64,000 bases of DNA. Source: Mobula hypostoma. Its lineage: Eukaryota. Positions within the stretch are counted from its first letter, which is position 1, and each line of letters starts with the position of its first letter. The notes below the pieces were generated by a model. It was given only the letters and a program-made list of their open reading frames with translations, ran no database searches and was not told the DNA's origin. This document shows positions 13,226 through 27,283 of the stretch, one piece after another. A program made the translations under genes and the position numbers. The stretch covers positions 188,358,001 to 188,422,000 of the forward strand of contig NC_086097.1 in assembly GCF_963921235.1 (NCBI RefSeq), read 5' to 3'.

Positions 13226-14094
13226 TTGGAATATTGTGCTCTGTGTGTGGTTTGTGTCTTAGGAAAATTATACTAGAAAAGGACCAAAATATTGTGGCCA
13301 TTTTGCTGAAATAAAATGTGCTGGAAATACTGGAGATAGGGCATACAAGTACAAGAAAATGCAAAGGACCACACAAACCCTAATGGCAGCTCGGCATTCA
13401 ACAACTTGTCTACTTCCTTACCCATTCTTCAGATCCCTTTCTTCTCCTGGTAAATCTTTCAGTCTCACCAGCCATGAACATAATTAACTCTTCAGGATCC
13501 TATACAGTAGTCCTCAGAGGTAAAGAATTCCAAAGATTTGCAACTCTGTTTTGTTCTTAAATAGAATTTTCTAATCATCCAAATATAGCCATTCATCCTG
13601 AATCCACGTCCTTCGGGATCCCAAGGGAGGAAGGAAACAGCCTGCCAGAATCCAGCTTAGAAATTACATTCAGAAGTTTCTAAGATATCATCTCTCTCTT
13701 TTTCTTTATGAATTCCTTTAAAAGCAGGCCTATCCTACACAATACTTGGGTTGAGAGGCATTGAGGGTGATCAGCCATGATGGATTGGCAGAACAGACTC
13801 AATGGGCCAAACAGGCTAATTCTTCTCCTACGTCTTACAGTCACTCCTTGCAGGGCCCAACACCCAAGAATCAACGTGGGACATCTCAAGGGAAAACAAG
13901 ACATTTCAGGTCATTAATCCTAACTGGAAAAGAAAATATTAAGTATGTATTAAGTACAGAGGCAGAGGAGGAAAAAACCAAAAGAGATGGTCTGTGATGT
14001 GCCAAAAAGCAAAAGAGGTGGAATATGAAGGAGGAAAATAGTGCAAGGCAGCTGACAATGATCAGGTATTGAGGAAATAAATTTGAACCTAGCA

Positions 14095-14352
14095 GACTGT
14101 AACTCCACCATGGTTGGTCCCAAGCCCTGCTGTGAAAGGAGGAGTGTTGGGAATGGTGCTAGCAACCCCATCCCATAAAAACCCAGAGCTACAGAAATGC
14201 CAACAGAAGCCTCAAAGATCTCATCCCTGGGAGAGGAAGGATGGGTTACACCTAGGGACAACCTGATAGCCTGGCCCAGCACAGAGGCCTCTGGCGAGCT
14301 ACTGTGGCTGGCATATGCCCCAGTAGGGGTTATAGACTGAAGCAAGAAAGTA
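14095..14352 (+). mobile_element. Short retroposon with an RTE-like 3' end
   Basis: 3' part reads LAQHRGLWRATVAGICPSRG, resembling RTE ORF C-termini; gcaagaaagt tail. Confidence 0.5.
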
Positions 14353-15894
14353 GCAGACTGTAAGTGAGAATGGAATCTTTACTAAATAGCTCAAAAAATA
14401 TTACTTAGGATGGGATAACTGAGTTCATAGAGCCCGAAATTGAGATAAATAAGGTGAAAAAGAGATGGGAACGATTAACAGCAATGAGCATATGGAAATG
14501 TGAAGCAAATTTAGTGGAAGTAGAATATAACATTAATATGATCATAAATACTCCATGCTTGAGGAAGGGCTGCAAAATAGTGAAACATGGGTTTGTACAA
14601 GCTTGGAACGACACGTATTCCACATAGGCTGCCAAAAGGGAGGCTTGAATTTGAATATGGTGATTTCCTATTGCAACACTTTATTTAGAAGAAACGAGTG
14701 AGTTAAAAAGAAGTGTTCAATGGAAAGATAATACATCCTAGTGAGTGAATTTGGAACTTGGTGGGTTTTTGCTACTACACTAGCCTTGATAAAAACCCAG
14801 ACAAGCTACAGCAGGGTGATGAAGAGTAAATTATGATAAGAGAAGATACATGTATAGTCAAGATTTCTAAAATATTAAGAGATTAATGGCTGATTTTAAA
14901 CAAAGGCATTAAAATAATAAAGAGAATATTCAAGTTAGATAGAGAATGTTCCTTCCCTTTGTTTGGTACCAGGACAATGACATCATTTTAAAACTGATCT
15001 AAATTGAAAAATGAATCAAAGGAAAAGCCAAAGGGTCTTTTCAGGGCAGCAAAGCAAAAGTACATAAGGACAGTAAACATCTATTTCCAAGAAAAATAAA
15101 TTAGAATTAGGAAGAAACAAAGAGAATTTGTAAGAATATTAGGTTCAATAGCTAGACAATAATCATGTAAGATATCAAATTAATCATGAATGTATAAGTC
15201 CTCCAGGAAACATCTGGAGTTTACTATTCAACTCACAGTGAGGTTTTGGTGATTCTTAAACTGCATTAATCTGGTTTTGATTAGTTTGGCACTGAAGCTA
15301 TCAACCTCCCATCAGGAGCCATAAAAGCTACTCAATAAATGAATTAACCCTTTCCAGCTATCTCAATTTGTGTAATGAATCCATAAATTAATAATGACTT
15401 CACTGTAGAATCATAATTATAAGCATAAACAATTAGTAAACAAATACTTTTAGATCAAACTTAGTCACAGAATAGAATACATTTAATCAGTAACTGGGCA
15501 TTTACTGTTGAAATACTTATAGCTGATATCTTCTTCTGACATTGATACAATTTGCAAGATTTATTTCAGTTTAGACTCTTTAGAAAGCTTTCAACTTAAT
15601 AGCACTGGATACCCAGGCCTGGAAATTGCTGTAGTACATCTTGAATGATGATGAACCTTCAGCGTGTCACATTAACACTACTTATAAGAGATACATCAAG
15701 ATCACAAATCTCCATTTGCAAGGTTCACAGATCAGTACTGCCGGTTTTCATGTGGCATTAACTCTATTCACCTCCTCAAGCCCTTATAGCTATTGGTGTT
15801 TAACTGAGTGAACTTCACCCCCGAGTGAGGGGTGGAGAACAACATGAAGAAGCAGCACAGGACCAGCTAAAGGGAAGTGTTGCTGCACTCTGCT

Positions 15895-17395
15895 CTCTCT
15901 AGGCCTTTCAATATTCGATAGGTCTCAATGAGATCCTGTCATTCCTCTCAACTCCAGAGACTACAGACCCAGAACCATTAAATGCTCATACACATTAGCT
16001 CTTTCATTCCCAGGATCATTTTCATGAATCTCTCACAATAAACTGCTTACAAAACTCCAAATGCAATCTGACCACCGCCTTATAAAATCTCAGCACTGCA
16101 TCGTTGTTTTTACAATATACCCTAGTCCTCTCAAAATGAATGCTAACATTGAATTTACCTCCTTTCCTACTGACTCAATTTGCAAGTTGACCTTTAGGGA
16201 ATCCTGCACAAGAACTCCCAAGTCCCATTGCACCTACAGTTTCCAAATTTGCTCCCTGTTTAGGAAAAGGTCTACGCCTTTATTCCTTCTACCAAAGTGC
16301 ATGACCATACATTTCCCTACACTATTCATTTGTCACTCCTTTGCCCATTCTACTAATCTGTCCTTCTGCAGCCTCTTCATTACCTCAACGCTACCTGCCC
16401 TTCCACCTACCTTTCTATCGTCCGCAAACTTGGTCACAAGGCATCGATTCCATCATCTAAATCATTGGCATATAATGTGAAAAGAAGCGATTCTAACACC
16501 CAGCCCTGTGGAACACCACTAGTCACCAGCAGCCTACCAGAAAAGGCCCTCTTTATTCCCATTCTTTGGGAATCTCTGCCCAATCTAGTATCTCTGCCCA
16601 ATCTCTGCCCATGCTAGTATCTTTCCTGTAATATCATGGGCTCTTATCTTGTTTAGCAGCTTTTACAGCAATACCTTATCAAAAGACTAAAAAGGCAAGT
16701 AAGTAATATCCACTGACTCTCCTTTATCCGTCCTGCCTGTTACTTCCTCAAAAGAATTCCAACATATTGGTTGGGCAAGATTTCCCCTTAAGGAAATCAT
16801 GCTAACGTTGACCTATTTTATCATGTGCCTCCAAGCACCTCGAAACCTCATCCTTAATAATGGATGCCCAAAGTTTTGCCAAACTCTGAGGTCAGGCTAA
16901 CTAATCTACAATTTTCTCTCTTTCGCACCCTTCCCTTCCTAAAGAGTGGAGTGACATTTGCAATTTTCCAGTTCTCTGGAACCATTCCAAAATCAAGTGA
17001 TTCTTGAAAAATCATTACTAATGCCTTCACAGTCTCTTCAGCCACCTCTTTCAGAACCCTGGAGTGTAGTCCATCTGGTCCAGCTGACTTACCTACTATC
17101 AGAGCTTTCAACTTCCCAAGCACCTTCTCCTGACTAGTAGTGACTTAATTCACTTCTGCTCCTTGACACTTTCTGGCAAATTTCTGGCATGTTGCTGGTG
17201 TCTTCATTAAATACTTAGTTGTCCTCCATTTCTTTGTCCCCTATTTCAACCCCTCTATTTGTCATTTTCCAGCAGTCCATTATCCACCCTTGTCTCTCTT
17301 TCACTCTTTAAATAAGTGAAAAATAATTAGTATCCCCTTTTATATTATTGGATCATTTACTTACATATTTCATCTCTCTCTCCTTATTGCTTTAC
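15895..17395 (-). mobile_element. Degenerate CR1 ORF2 fragment
   Basis: ORF 16854..17123 KSAGPDGLHSRVLKE...WKIANVTPLFRKG. Confidence 0.85.
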
Positions 17396-18283
17396 AAATA
17401 AGTTAGAAAAGTTTCCACAATGAGATTCAATAACATATTTTCTTCCTCCCTTAGTGAACTCACACTAATTCCATTGTTTTGAGGTCTTACACTTAGTTGT
17501 TTTTAAAAAAATATTGTTATTACCTTCGCAATTTGGTTAATATTAACCTTTCTGCTTCTCACTTGTCTGTTTATGTGAAGCTTGGACAAACTTAAACAAC
17601 TTCTTAGGCTAATCATACTCTATATTACAAAGTAAAGTATTTTAGGCCAAATAATGGAGCTTTGTTAAAATAATCTGAATAGTGTCAAACATCTCATACG
17701 TATTTGACATAATCAAAACTAGGCTTCATGAAACAAACATTTGCTGATAATCGGGCTGGTACAAGTAAGAGGTTGAGAGTTTGAAGTAGGAACAGGCATA
17801 GGGCAGATGAATTAGTGAGCTCTGACCAGCTTACAAAACTACTGCAAATAATTTTAAAATCTACAATCATATTGAATCTAATGTGAGCCTTAACACAACA
17901 CTGTAACTAACTTAGCAAAGCCATCTATGACAAAAGCAAGACATTCTTGGATTGGAAACACTACCATGTGTCAAGTGAAAAAAAAATCTTTTAAAATACC
18001 TAAAGGCCATTGCCAGATCAATAACTCTGACCTAGAGAAGAGACGGTGAGCATACGGACACAGAGGGTGCAGCAATCAGATGATAGTGGCACACACTTTC
18101 TTCAGCATTATCAGGATTATCTGTTGCCCAGATACCCAAGATACGTTCCAGCTGATAGACAAGAAATCTTGTCAAGAATAGAGGGACAGTCTGTACCCAT
18201 TGGAAGGAAACCCTCACCCCAGATTTTGTTCTCCACTCTGTTCCTGAAGCCCAATGAAAATGGCTGGAGGAATATACCAGCTC

Positions 18284-19429
18284 TATCACCCTGGGGCGCA
18301 TTGGGAACGGACCCAAATGCAAGACACAGACACTGAAGTACAAGGAACAGTACTTGACTAGAGTAGGGATGTGACAGGATAACAACAAGGAGCAGGGACA
18401 AGAATGCAGGCTAAGGCTAGGACATGGACCAGACAGGGAACCCAGACAAGGGACTATGCACTAGATGCCTGGGCTTGGTCTCTGAGCTAGAGACTGGACA
18501 AGGACCCAGAATTTGGGTCTTGCCTTGGACTCGGGCCCCAGAACCAGGCAAGTACATGACATGACTACAGGATAGGATGTGGCTGGGGTCTTGGATCTTG
18601 AGCTTGGCTGCAGGCTGGGGTCTTGGATCTTGAAATGCAGAGACTGATAACTCGGAGGCTGGAGCTCAGAGACAGACTGGGAACTGAACATCAACGTAGA
18701 GCCGGGACTTATCCTTCAAAAAGCCAGGACTCATCTTTAACACGACACCAATATGAGACAGGACAGTACATAGACATAGAGCCAGGACTTATACTTAGAC
18801 AAGCTGGGACTCAACTTCTTCTCCACACCAAGGACCATCCATCTGGTAACGGCAGAACGGCCGGACTTACCCAACAGAGGCAAAAACAAGACAAGACAGG
18901 TTCCCCCCGCAGGGCAAAGGCAAAACAGCCTGACTTACCCCACGGAGGCGAGGACAAGAAGAGACAAACACCAAAGGACGTCAGATAGTTCCATCTCTGC
19001 ATCAGGGTTGCTCCGAATCGCAGTTACGGCAGCAACCTAGGGGCTATGGAAACAGCTGGATCCCTACCTAGCTTGGAGTAGCTGGTAGCCACTCAGCTGG
19101 CCCGAGAAACAGCCGAATCCATACCGCAAAGACATCTCCGACTACCGACAGCAAGATTCCATGAAGCGATGGTTCTCCAACACGGCCTAAAGATGGCAAG
19201 TGGCTGCTCTAGCCTTCCACCAGCAGGTTGCTCCCAGGAAATCTTGACAAGACAAAAACCAGCAGCTCACACTCAACCCCAAGGCTACCTATATCCCAAG
19301 CCCCAAGATGGGAATCAGGTGCCTATGATTAACTCAACCAAAACAAGGGACAGCTGGAAGACATGGAGTCCTGAGTCCACGGACCAGACCATGAACTGGA
19401 ATGCGGACTTCACAGACCGGATCATGACA
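18284..19429 (-). mobile_element. Solo LTR (1146 bp)
   Basis: Minus strand TGTCA...TGATA (decayed TG..CA); perfect 5-bp TSD agctc at 18279-18283 and 19430-19434. Confidence 0.8.
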
Positions 19430-19889
19430 AGCTCACATAACGATCCAATTACCAGCTGCTTCAGACTCAAGACAAGTGGGAGCAAAACGTCTTTTATCAC
19501 TTAGGCATTCCCACAGGTTCAAAACAAAAATGCATGAAGAACTCTGTAAGTCGGGCATGATCAATGAAAGAGAGGCAAAGCTTCAGGTCAGGGATCCTTT
19601 CTTAAACTGGAAATGTAAGAAAACACACACGTTTTAGGTTGCTGGGGATGGGGCAAGAGTTAGAGAGGTATGAAGCAAACAAAAAGGAGCAGTTTAAAAG
19701 GGAACAAAGTGGAACTGAAATATCTGACAACTTTTATGGAGGAGAAAAAACAACAGACAGCTTAATCTAAAATGGTTTTGCCCAGTTGCAAGTTGAGCAC
19801 ATGTTAAGCAGCACTGAAATTATGCAGGAGGTCAAGGTGGACAGAGAAGGTAAATGAAAGGGAAAGGTGAGCAGAAGCCAAGGATTAGT

Positions 19890-20140
19890 TGTTTATTATT
19901 TATTGAGATACAGCACGGAATAGACCCTCGAGCCACACCACCCAGCAATCCCCGATTCAAGCCCAACCCAATAACCGATTAATTATATCATTGGAACCAT
20001 CGGAGGATATCAAGGCACGTGGAGGAAATCCACGTGGTCACAGGGAGAACGTTCAAACTCCTTACAGACAGCAGCAGGAATTGAACCCCGGGTTGCTGGT
20101 ACTGTAAAGTGTTGCGCTAACCACTAGCTATCGTGCCACC
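19890..20140 (-). mobile_element. V-SINE (HE1-like)
   Basis: Minus strand gggtggcacgatagctagtggttagcgc...gggttcaattcc tRNA-like head; aataaataataaa tail. Confidence 0.75.
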
Positions 20141-20498
20141 CTGAATACCACTGAGTGTTCTGCAGAGTAACTGGAAGGATTGCAAGTGACTTGCTGCATT
20201 TTCCAGTTAAAGATATGACACTTGGTGCTCATATTGGGATCTCTACTTTCAACAAACAAAATGCAGACTGGTTGACCACACTTCATTATAGGGATATCTG
20301 TAACTGAAACATTACACAAGCATGATCATGACCTGAACGTGAGAGAAGTCTAACATTTTGACCTGAAGTCAGTGATGTTTTTAAATCAACCCGTGAATTT
20401 GTTAAAGCCTGCAACATTTAATACTAGACTTGCATAAATCATGAGGGATATTGGCTCACTCGATTGATCGAGCTCCTGTCCATTATACAAGGGGTAAT

Positions 20499-20516
20499 GC
20501 TGCCACCTTGTGGACA
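20499..20516 (-). promoter_or_regulatory. Candidate CTCF site
   Basis: tgtCCACAAGGTGGCAGc on minus matches the CTCF core, in apparently unique sequence. Confidence 0.4.
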
Positions 20517-20564
20517 AAGCTGCAGCTTGCAATACAAATGTTCAACAACTTCACAAAGAAATTG

Positions 20565-21470
20565 CTAGAGCAGCTTGCATCTATGGAGGGAAATGAATAG
20601 TCGACGCTTCAGGCCAAGATCCTTCATTAATGTTGGACAGAAAGAGGGCAGAAGCCAGAATAAAAGGGTAGGGGAGATGAAGAAACACATACCTTTGGGT
20701 GTTAGGTGAATCCAGGTGAAGAGAGGAGGTTGGTAGACTGGGGGAGGGGGTTGTTGGAAGTGGAAATGTGAGAAGCTGGGAGGTGATAGGTGAAAGAGAC
20801 AGCCAAGGCTAAATATGATGCAACATGACAGGAGAGCATAGCGGACCATGGAATAAAGGAAAGGTAGGGAACCAGAAGGAGGAGGTTGTGGAGATAAGCA
20901 GGTCACCATCTCCAAAGAGACCCCACCACCAGGCACATCCTCCCCTCTCTGCACAGGAATTTCTCTTTCTGCAACTTCTCCTCTAGTTTCCTTCCCTTTA
21001 TTCCATGGTTCACTATTTCTGGCCCATCAGATTCCATCTTTATCGGTCCTTTACCTCTTCCATGTATCACATCCTAACATCTCACCCCATTGCCACTCCT
21101 CTAGGTTTCCAGCAACTTTCTTCTATCTGTTTGACCAAACTTCCCCTTTTATCAGTTTGCTCTGAGGTTGGACATTAAGACTGGTTGAGGGCCTTCTCCA
21201 ACCCTACATCTCTTTCATCACTCAACTTCCCAGCTTCCTCTCCACCCCCACCCCCACCCCTCACAATTTCACCCATCACCTTGTGTCTCTTCCTCCCATC
21301 ACCTCACTTTCTAACTCTGACTCATCTTTCTTTCTCCAGTCCTGCTGAAGGGGGTCAGGCTGAAACATCGACTACACTCTTTTCCATAGATGCTGCCCGG
21401 CCTGCTGAGTTCTTTCAGCAGTTTATAATCCTCTGCTTGGATTTCCGGCATCTTCAGATTTTCTCTTGTT
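20565..21470. mobile_element. Penelope-like 3' fragments in inverted arrangement
   Basis: Minus arm ~20565-20900 and plus arm ~21185-21470, each with a pyrimidine tract and a decayed hammerhead-like motif. Confidence 0.65.
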
Positions 21471-21597
21471 TGCAATTATACAATAATGCATTGTTTGTCC
21501 TCAATCAGTGTTGACTAAGAAAATCCATAATTGCTTCATTGAGGCAGACTAAAGTAATTTTCAGAGACTGGAACTACAAGTTTCTTTGAGGCAATTT

Positions 21598-21834
21598 TAG
21601 ACAATAGACAATAGGTGCAGGAGTAGGCTATTCGGTCCTTCGAGCCAGCACCGCCATTCACTGTGATCATGGCTGACCATCCACAATCAGTATCCAGTTC
21701 CTGCCTTATCCCCATAACCTTTGATTCCGCTATCTTTAAGAGCTCTATCCATCTCTTTCTTGAAAGCATCCAAAGACCTGTCCTCCACAGCTTGCTGGGG
21801 CAGAGCATTCCATACATCCACCACTCTCTGGGTG
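21598..21834 (-). mobile_element. CR1 3' end
   Basis: (tagacaa)n tail; remnant of the RVVDVWNALP motif. Confidence 0.8.
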
Positions 21835-21999
21835 ATCAAACAGACATTTTACCATTTAAATCTCTGAAGGAATGTATACATTGGATTATTAAAGTACAGT
21901 ATTTCAAAATGCTGCAAAATAAAATCCATTCCACAAATGATATCACCAGTACTTAAGAACACAACAAACTGGTAATAAGCAAGCAACTGCCCTGAATAT

Positions 22000-22957
22000 C
22001 AAGCCCTAGTAAGTCAAGGTGACTGGAATTGCTGTGTTGTCTAGATGTTTTGTCACTCATCCGAGATGCTTCTTCCATTCTGATCCATGGTGGGGAGTTT
22101 TCCGGCTTATAAACTCAGAGTTATTTAAAGGTATAGCAATCACATGAGGGTTTTTAAGAGTCATAGAGGTAACAAGAGTGTCATTATCTTTGCATGAATG
22201 AAGGTGTGAACTGTTGTAGAGATGCCAGGGTAGAGATGTTAGGACTGCATTGTCTAAGTTGATGATAGGTAGTGTCGTACCCCACCCCTCTGCTCAGGGA
22301 TGGGTTTTCCAGTTCAACAATGATAGCTTCTTTAACCCCTCTTTCAAACCACCTGTCCCACCACCCCCCACCACCACACCCCCCGTCCAAAATGTGTACA
22401 TTGTTATCATTAAAGGAGTGTCTCTTGTTCTTTAGGTGTTAGCCCTCCTTTGTTGGGCCATCTGTTTATGAAATGGTTGTTTTGTCTCACTGATATACAG
22501 ATCTGTGCAGTTCTCACTGTGGTAGATAGCATATACAATATTGCTCTGTTTACGTTTGGGTGTGGGATCCTTGGGGTGGACGAGTTTCTGTCTGAGTGCG
22601 TTTGTAGGTTTGAAAAACACGGGGATTTGGGGTTTGTTGAAAATCCTCCTGAGTTTCTCTGAAACTCCAGCTACATATGGGATGACCACGTTTTTCTGTC
22701 TCCTTTGCTCCTTACCTCTGTGTGTTGGACTGATGTCCCTGCTGGTCTTTGTTGAAGGCCCAGTCAGGGTAACTGCATTACTGTACCTTTAGACAACTCA
22801 CAGTTTATAAGCCGGAAAACTACCCACCATGGAATAGAAATGAAGAAGCCGCTCGGATGAGTGGTGAGACATCTTCTAGACAATGCAGCAAGTCCAGTTG
22901 CCTTGACTTGCTACTGCTAGATATACAATGACCTGGATGACTGAGAACCTTCATAGA
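22000..22957 (-). mobile_element. Penelope-like element fragment with GIY-YIG endonuclease remnant and inverted pseudo-LTR
   Basis: ORF 22432..22689 IPYVAGVSEKLRRIF...SNIVYAI...LYISETKQ; inverted arms ~22007-22133 and ~22784-22913; flanking direct repeat 21984-21999/22958-22973 (13/16 identical). Confidence 0.85.
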
Positions 22958-23558
22958 CAGCTACCCTGAATGTTTTTGCTGTCTCAATTTATGAAGGCGA
23001 TGAATCAAGAAAGGCTTTTTCCTCTTGGATGACTAAGATAACCACAATGTCTTCTTATTTATATTCCAAAAATCAAATTTAATGAAGTTCAGACATCACA
23101 TTTGTATCAGCACCTTTCCCACTTGTATGTTTGCAGACATCCAGCTCAACAGCATCATGATTTTAAAGTTCTTAGGTTTTGTTTCCTGCTCCCTGTGCAT
23201 CATCCTTCCTGAAGTAGATATTCATCTGTGGTTACCTGCATTAAACCATGCAAAGTTGGTAGCACTTATAGTTCACTTCAAAATTCAGCTCCATTGTAGT
23301 CACTAGAATTAAATTTCAGAAGTATATGAAGCAGTCATTCCTGCACAAACATATTCAATTTATTTTCTAAAGTAATGGAAATTACACCCAAGCACTGGGC
23401 TGATTCCTCAGCCGTTCCATTCAATCAGAAATGCTCGTACTGTTCACCTTGTACAGAACTCCAGATTGTGCTCCCCCAGCTGCGTGTCACATTCTCTCTG
23501 CTCTCCCACATGACTCACGGGAACACTCGCGGATCCAAATTAAAATCAGCATCAAGTA

Positions 23559-24338
23559 CACTGGTCAACAAAGATTTTGATTCCTGAATACTTTCAGGTG
23601 TATCTTATAGATTTTGGGCTGCTGATCATGAAAATCACCATGAAATTTCCCTGTCACAACCATTTTTATAAATCACATTTTTTTAAAATTCAAATCAGAA
23701 TAACTGATGCCAAGATTAAGAAAGGCATTTTTGTTGGTTCACAAATTAAACAGATGCTCAATGACAGGTAATTCAAAGAACTTCTTGTGGGACCGGAGAA
23801 AATCACATGGAAGACTTTCAAAGATTTTGTTGAAAATTGTCTTGGCAACTACAGAGCACCAAACTACGTGCAGCTGGTTGACATCATGCTTCAAGCATAT
23901 AAGACCATGAAGTGCAACATGTCACTAAAGATACATTTTCTGCATTCCCACTTAGACTTCTTCCTTGCAAATTTTGGTGCTGTCAATGATGAACATGATG
24001 GAAAGTTTCCACCAGGACATTTTAGGCATGGAGAAATGTTATCAGGGCAACTGAAATCTATCAATGCTGTCTGATTTTAGTTGAACACTTAAGCAAGAAG
24101 CCTCAGACACTGAGTACAAATGAAAATTATCAACAAAACATTTTTAGCTTGGTTGAACAAAGCATCACCATTACGCAATTAAATACATAAATGCCTTATA
24201 TTCAATAAAGTCAATTTCTCCAAATTCCTATGTGATACAAGTAGTCTGAAATTATATTTGTGTTCAGTTTCTAACTTTCTATCATAAACAGAAAATATTC
24301 TCAGGAAGCAAAACTTTCAAAAAAATTGTTGTCCTGTG
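23559..24338 (+). mobile_element. Chapaev3-like (CMC superfamily) DNA transposon, internal-deletion derivative
   Basis: TIRs cactggtcaacaa / ttgttgtcctgtg; transposase C-terminal remnant DAKIKKGIFVG...CNMSLKIHFLHSHLDFF...GAVNDEH; flanks gta/tta; family recalled from memory. Confidence 0.7.
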
Positions 24339-26004
24339 TTATAAGTTCTAACTGCATACCTTTTGCATCTGGGTTGACATTGAAATGAATGTGTCATGCT
24401 ACATGCACCCCAACTCAATGTCTTGATGCCAAGTCCAGTGGAAAAGCACAAGTTCAAAAGGACAACATCTCATCCCATGCATTCTACATAGCTACTTGCA
24501 TGTGAAGGTGTAGAATGTGGAAACACATTGATCTACGTAACGTTGTCAGCCAACAAATCCCTATGGAAATGCCAGCTGAGGACGAGCTTAATCTGTGTCA
24601 TTATTTTTGTTATTAAAAACTTAAAATGCATCTAATTGATTAATTAATTAATGACTGCACCTGGTTAACCAGGTTTGTAACAGCAGATATTCAGATTGAT
24701 CAGCATGATACATTTCCCTCATCATTCAAGGCTCAGCATGCGGAAATAAAACTTACAGGCATATCGACATTGATCAGTACAAGACATCGCTTATTTGATA
24801 ATAACCCTAGTCACTGCATGTGTATGTGACCATGTTGCCAGATAACTTAATCCAAAAGGGTTATCCATATAACTGGAGAATGTCCAACTGGAGCTCTCCA
24901 AATACATTCCTATCTACAAACACATCCCATTTGATTGCAACTATTAGAACTCTTGATCTTAGTCTCCTTCAGCATCGCCCTTGAACCTCATCTTTCCATC
25001 TGCACTCTATCACTGTAACACTATGTTCTGCATTGCTATTATTTTTACTTTTATACTACCTCAATGTACAGTACTTACGTTTGGAATTATCTGCCTAGAT
25101 GGCATGAAATAGTTCACTATATCTGGATGGCAATAATAAACTAATTATCAACTTCAGCAATTAACAATCATCCATCTTTTAAGCATAGACCATTAAAGAA
25201 ACAGATAGGGAAACAGTCTGTCAACAGAAGACAACAGTTGTTTCTATTTGTCATACAAATTGTCACTCATTTCCACTGTTTCATTCAGTGTATCCTCTTC
25301 TAATTCATTCTCCATTATATCCAATAGCCATTTGTAAGAGTTACAGTGAACGATGAAATACGGACCAAACTTGGTCAAATGTTAAAGGATACATGAAATT
25401 TGTAGATTGATTCCTAAAATCCAACTAAACAAAATATTTTTGGGCAGTTTGGCTTCATCAAGGCCATTTGCTTCAGACTTTACCACAGTCTTGATCCAAA
25501 CAGCTGAGTTCCTAAGTTCAGGTGAGAATGACTACCTCAATATCAGGTAATGATATTCCAGTTTCTGGAATCATGCTTTGCACAAAAGATGGTGATTGTG
25601 GCTGCTGGAGGTCATGAACTTAGCTCCAGAACATCACTGCCCTGTGCACAATCATCTACAGCTGCTCAGGATGTCAGAGGTTAGGGATAACTAGCATAAT
25701 GTTCAATTTCATTTGCAACTCCTTTGCAGATAAAACAGTCTATGCCTAAACACCCAACAATATTTAGGCACAGAGAGATAAGAGCCACTCAACTTTCATG
25801 ATGGAATAACCATCTCCAATAAGAGTCCAATCACGTATTGGCATTTGGTAATCATGGCATTACCCTCAAGAGTATATTCATCAACATCAAACAGAAGCTC
25901 AACTTGAATAGCTGCATAAATTGTGTAGCCACATCAGAAGATCATCAGATTTCCTGCAATGAGCAACTCTCCTTGTGAGAAAACAAATAGCTTTCTACCA
26001 TTAA

Positions 26005-27283
26005 CGCACCACATGTCTGACAAACTTATTGGAATTCTTTGAGGATATAATGAGCATAGTGGATAGAGGGGACAGATGGACATTATTTTTCTTGGATTTC
26101 CAGAAAGCATTCAATAAGGTGCCACATAAAAGACTTAACCACAAGATAAGGATACAAAGAGGTGGCCACGGTGATGTATTAGCATAGATAGAAGATTGGT
26201 TAATTAATAGAAACCAGAGAGTTGGGATACATGGGTGTTATTCTGGTTGGCAAGCAATGGTGAGTGGTGTGCCACAGGGGTCGGTGCTGGACCCACAACA
26301 GTTCACAATATACATTAACGATCTGAAACAGGGGACCAAGTGTAACATATCTAAGTTTGCTGATGATACTAAATTGAGTGGAAAAGCAAATTGTGCAGAA
26401 GATATGGAGAGTCTGCAGAGAGATATAGAAAGGTTAAGTGAGTGGGCAAGGGTCTGGCAGATAGAATACAATGTTGGTAAATGTGAGGTCATCCACTTTG
26501 GAGGAAAAATGGAAGAGCAGATTATTATTTAAATAGTAAAAAAAAATTGCAGCATGCTGCTGTGGAGAGAGACTTGGGGGTGTGGTACATGAATCACAAG
26601 AGGATGGTCTGCAGCTGTAGCAGGCTATCAAGAAGGCAAATGGATGTTGGCCTTCATTGCTAAAAGGATTGAATTAAACAGCAGGGAGGTTATGCTGCAA
26701 CTGCACAGGGTACTGGTGAGGCCGCACCTGGAGCACTGTGTGCAGTTCTGTCCCCTTACTTGAGGAAGGATATACTGGCTTTGGAGGAGGTGCAGAGGAG
26801 GTTCACCAGGCTGATTCCATTGATGAAGGGGTTGGACTATGAGGAGAGACTGAGTCATCTAGGACTATACTCACTGTAATTCAGAAGGATGAGAGAGATC
26901 TTACAGAAATATATAACATTATGAAAGGGATAAATAATACAGAGGCAGGAAAGTTGTTTCCACTGATAAGTGAGACTAGAACTAGGGGACATAGCCTCAT
27001 GATTCAGGGGAGTAGGTTTAGGATGGAGATGAGGAGGAACTGCTTTCCCCAGTGGGTAGTGAATCCTATAGAACCCTGCCCAATGGATCAGTGGAGGGTA
27101 CCTCAGTAAATATATTTAAGACAGGGTTGGATAGATGTTTGCATAGTAGGGGAATTAAGGGTTGTGGGGAAAAGGCAGGTAGGTGATGAGTCCATGGCCA
27201 GATCAGCCATGATCTTATTGAATAGTGGAGCAGGCTCAATGGGCCAGATGGCCTAGTCCTGCTCCTATTTCTTAAGTTCTTAT
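26005..27283 (+). mobile_element. Degenerate 5'-truncated CR1
   Basis: ORF 26257..26532 SGVPQGSVL...KFADDTKL; CR1 3' UTR ending ttcttatg. Confidence 0.9.

Noticed and set aside
18046..18283. ORF that stays open across the LTR insertion site when the LTR is removed
   Set aside because: No recognisable domain or splice context; plausible by chance
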